A stretch of 64,000 nt of DNA from Firmicutes bacterium UBA2530 (GTDB taxonomy: Bacteria; Bacillota; Clostridia; Tissierellales; Sedimentibacteraceae): positions 116,092-180,091 of the forward strand of contig DDNC01000018.1 of NCBI GenBank assembly GCA_002340985.1. The letters are read 5' to 3'. Positions 63,170-64,000 of the stretch are shown in pieces. Position 1 is the stretch's first letter, and the number at the start of each line of letters is the position of its first letter. A program made the translations under genes and the position numbers. The notes beneath the pieces were generated by a model. The model was not told where the DNA came from. It saw only the letters and a program-made list of their open reading frames with translations, and did no database searches.

Positions 63170-63404
63170 TGTAAATGACAGTGATTGGAACAGTAGGCGC
63201 AGGACGGTTTCAAAGAGATGCGGTCACTTGGTGTGAGGCTGCAATTCCTAAGGCGTTGAAAATCATCCAGGAGTTTAATTTCCGAAATAACAGTAGGAAA
63301 TTACGTAGAAATGCGTTAAATTTTCGAGCGACATATAACACATATGTAATTTGGGTGGTACCGCGGATTTCGTCCCATGTCTATTAGACATGGGACTCAT
63401 TTTT
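63170..63404 (+). promoter_or_regulatory. T-box riboswitch, Ile (AUC specifier)
   Basis: TTGACA-N17-TATCAT promoter at 63122-63150; AGAGA/GGTG stem I; GAAA-ATC at 63262-63264; AATTTGGGTGGTACCGCG at 63348-63365; terminator 63372-63404. Confidence 0.92.
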
Positions 63405-63610
63405 GTATGCCCTAACCCTATTTTTCAGAACGGTTTTCTCTGAAAAATAGCGGTAGGTCAACCGCAACGAGTTCCCAAAGTATGCGACCAGCGGGAGCAA
63501 ATACTTTGGTGAACGAGACTGCGTACTTCAAACACGAGAAGTATCAGCCGGAGTGTAAGAAGAGGCTCTATTGTTTACAATCACAACATATATTAAATCA
63601 GGAGGAAAAG

Positions 63611-64000
63611 ATGAAGCAATTCAAAGACATCTCAAAGGCCGACTATAAACAGACAGAACAAGAAATATCGAAATATTGGAACGAAATAGACTTGTTGCAG
63701 CAAAGCGTTGAAACAAGAAAAGACAAAACACCGTTTGTGTTCTATGAGGGACCGCCAACAGCCAACGGCAAGCCAGGCATTCACCACGTAATAGCAAGAA
63801 CACTGAAGGATTCCGTGTGCAGATTCAAAACAATGGAAGGATATCAGGTAAAGAGGAAGGCTGGCTGGGACACCCACGGGCTTCCTGTTGAAATCGAGGT
63901 TGAAAAGCAGCTGGGCCTGAAAGACAAGACGGATATAGAGCAGTACGGCATAGATAAATTTAATGAAAGATGCAGACATTCGGTATTTACCTATGAGGCA
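63611..64000 (+). CDS. ileS: Isoleucyl-tRNA synthetase, type 2, N-terminal part (runs off window end)
   Basis: Manual translation MKQF...FVFYEGPPTANGKPGIHHVIARTLKD...RKAGWDTHGLPVE; AGGAGG RBS; Ile T-box. Confidence 0.93.
   Translation, partial: MKQFKDISKADYKQTEQEISKYWNEIDLLQQSVETRKDKTPFVFYEGPPTANGKPGIHHVIARTLKDSVCRFKTMEGYQVKRKAGWDTHGLPVEIEVEKQLGLKDKTDIEQYGIDKFNERCRHSVFTYEA

Noticed and set aside
63175..63387. 70-aa ORF upstream of ileS
   Set aside because: It coincides with the Ile T-box RNA.

Overview
Low-GC anaerobic Firmicute chromosome, with gene content suggesting Clostridia/Tissierellia (possibly Sedimentibacter-like; inference). Most of the window is housekeeping: partial leuA with a Leu T-box, ctpA, yybS-gdpP-rplI-dnaB, a SipL-like coat gene, pyrG, cls, mtnN, two DegV genes, a SAM-I riboswitch ahead of ybaK-tcdA-metNIQ, cca, a Trp T-box ABC transporter, a dpp-type ABC operon, trmN6, and a partial type-2 ileS with an Ile T-box. 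There are two accessory regions. The first (about 21.4-26.9 kb) is an AT-rich glycyl-radical 4-hydroxyphenylacetate decarboxylase cluster (hpdBCA) with a membrane protein and a Crp/Fnr regulator. The second (about 40.2-44.5 kb) is an islet after tRNA-Ser(GGA). It carries a small serine recombinase gene interrupted by one in-frame TAG, then two inverted hix-like 26-bp sites (17-bp perfect inverted repeat, asymmetric AC core, 128 bp apart) enclosing a near-consensus sigma-A promoter, then cheW, an MCP and a decayed GGDEF/HD-GYP gene. This is the top candidate: an invertible-promoter (phase-variation) switch for a chemotaxis module, apparently locked. Other leads are a candidate ~190-nt structured RNA at ~20.7 kb, a three-hairpin element in the ileS leader, a GIHH signature in IleRS2, a PTS EIIC-EAL fusion and an internally deleted substrate-binding paralog. 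All calls come from reading the sequence; no database searches were run.
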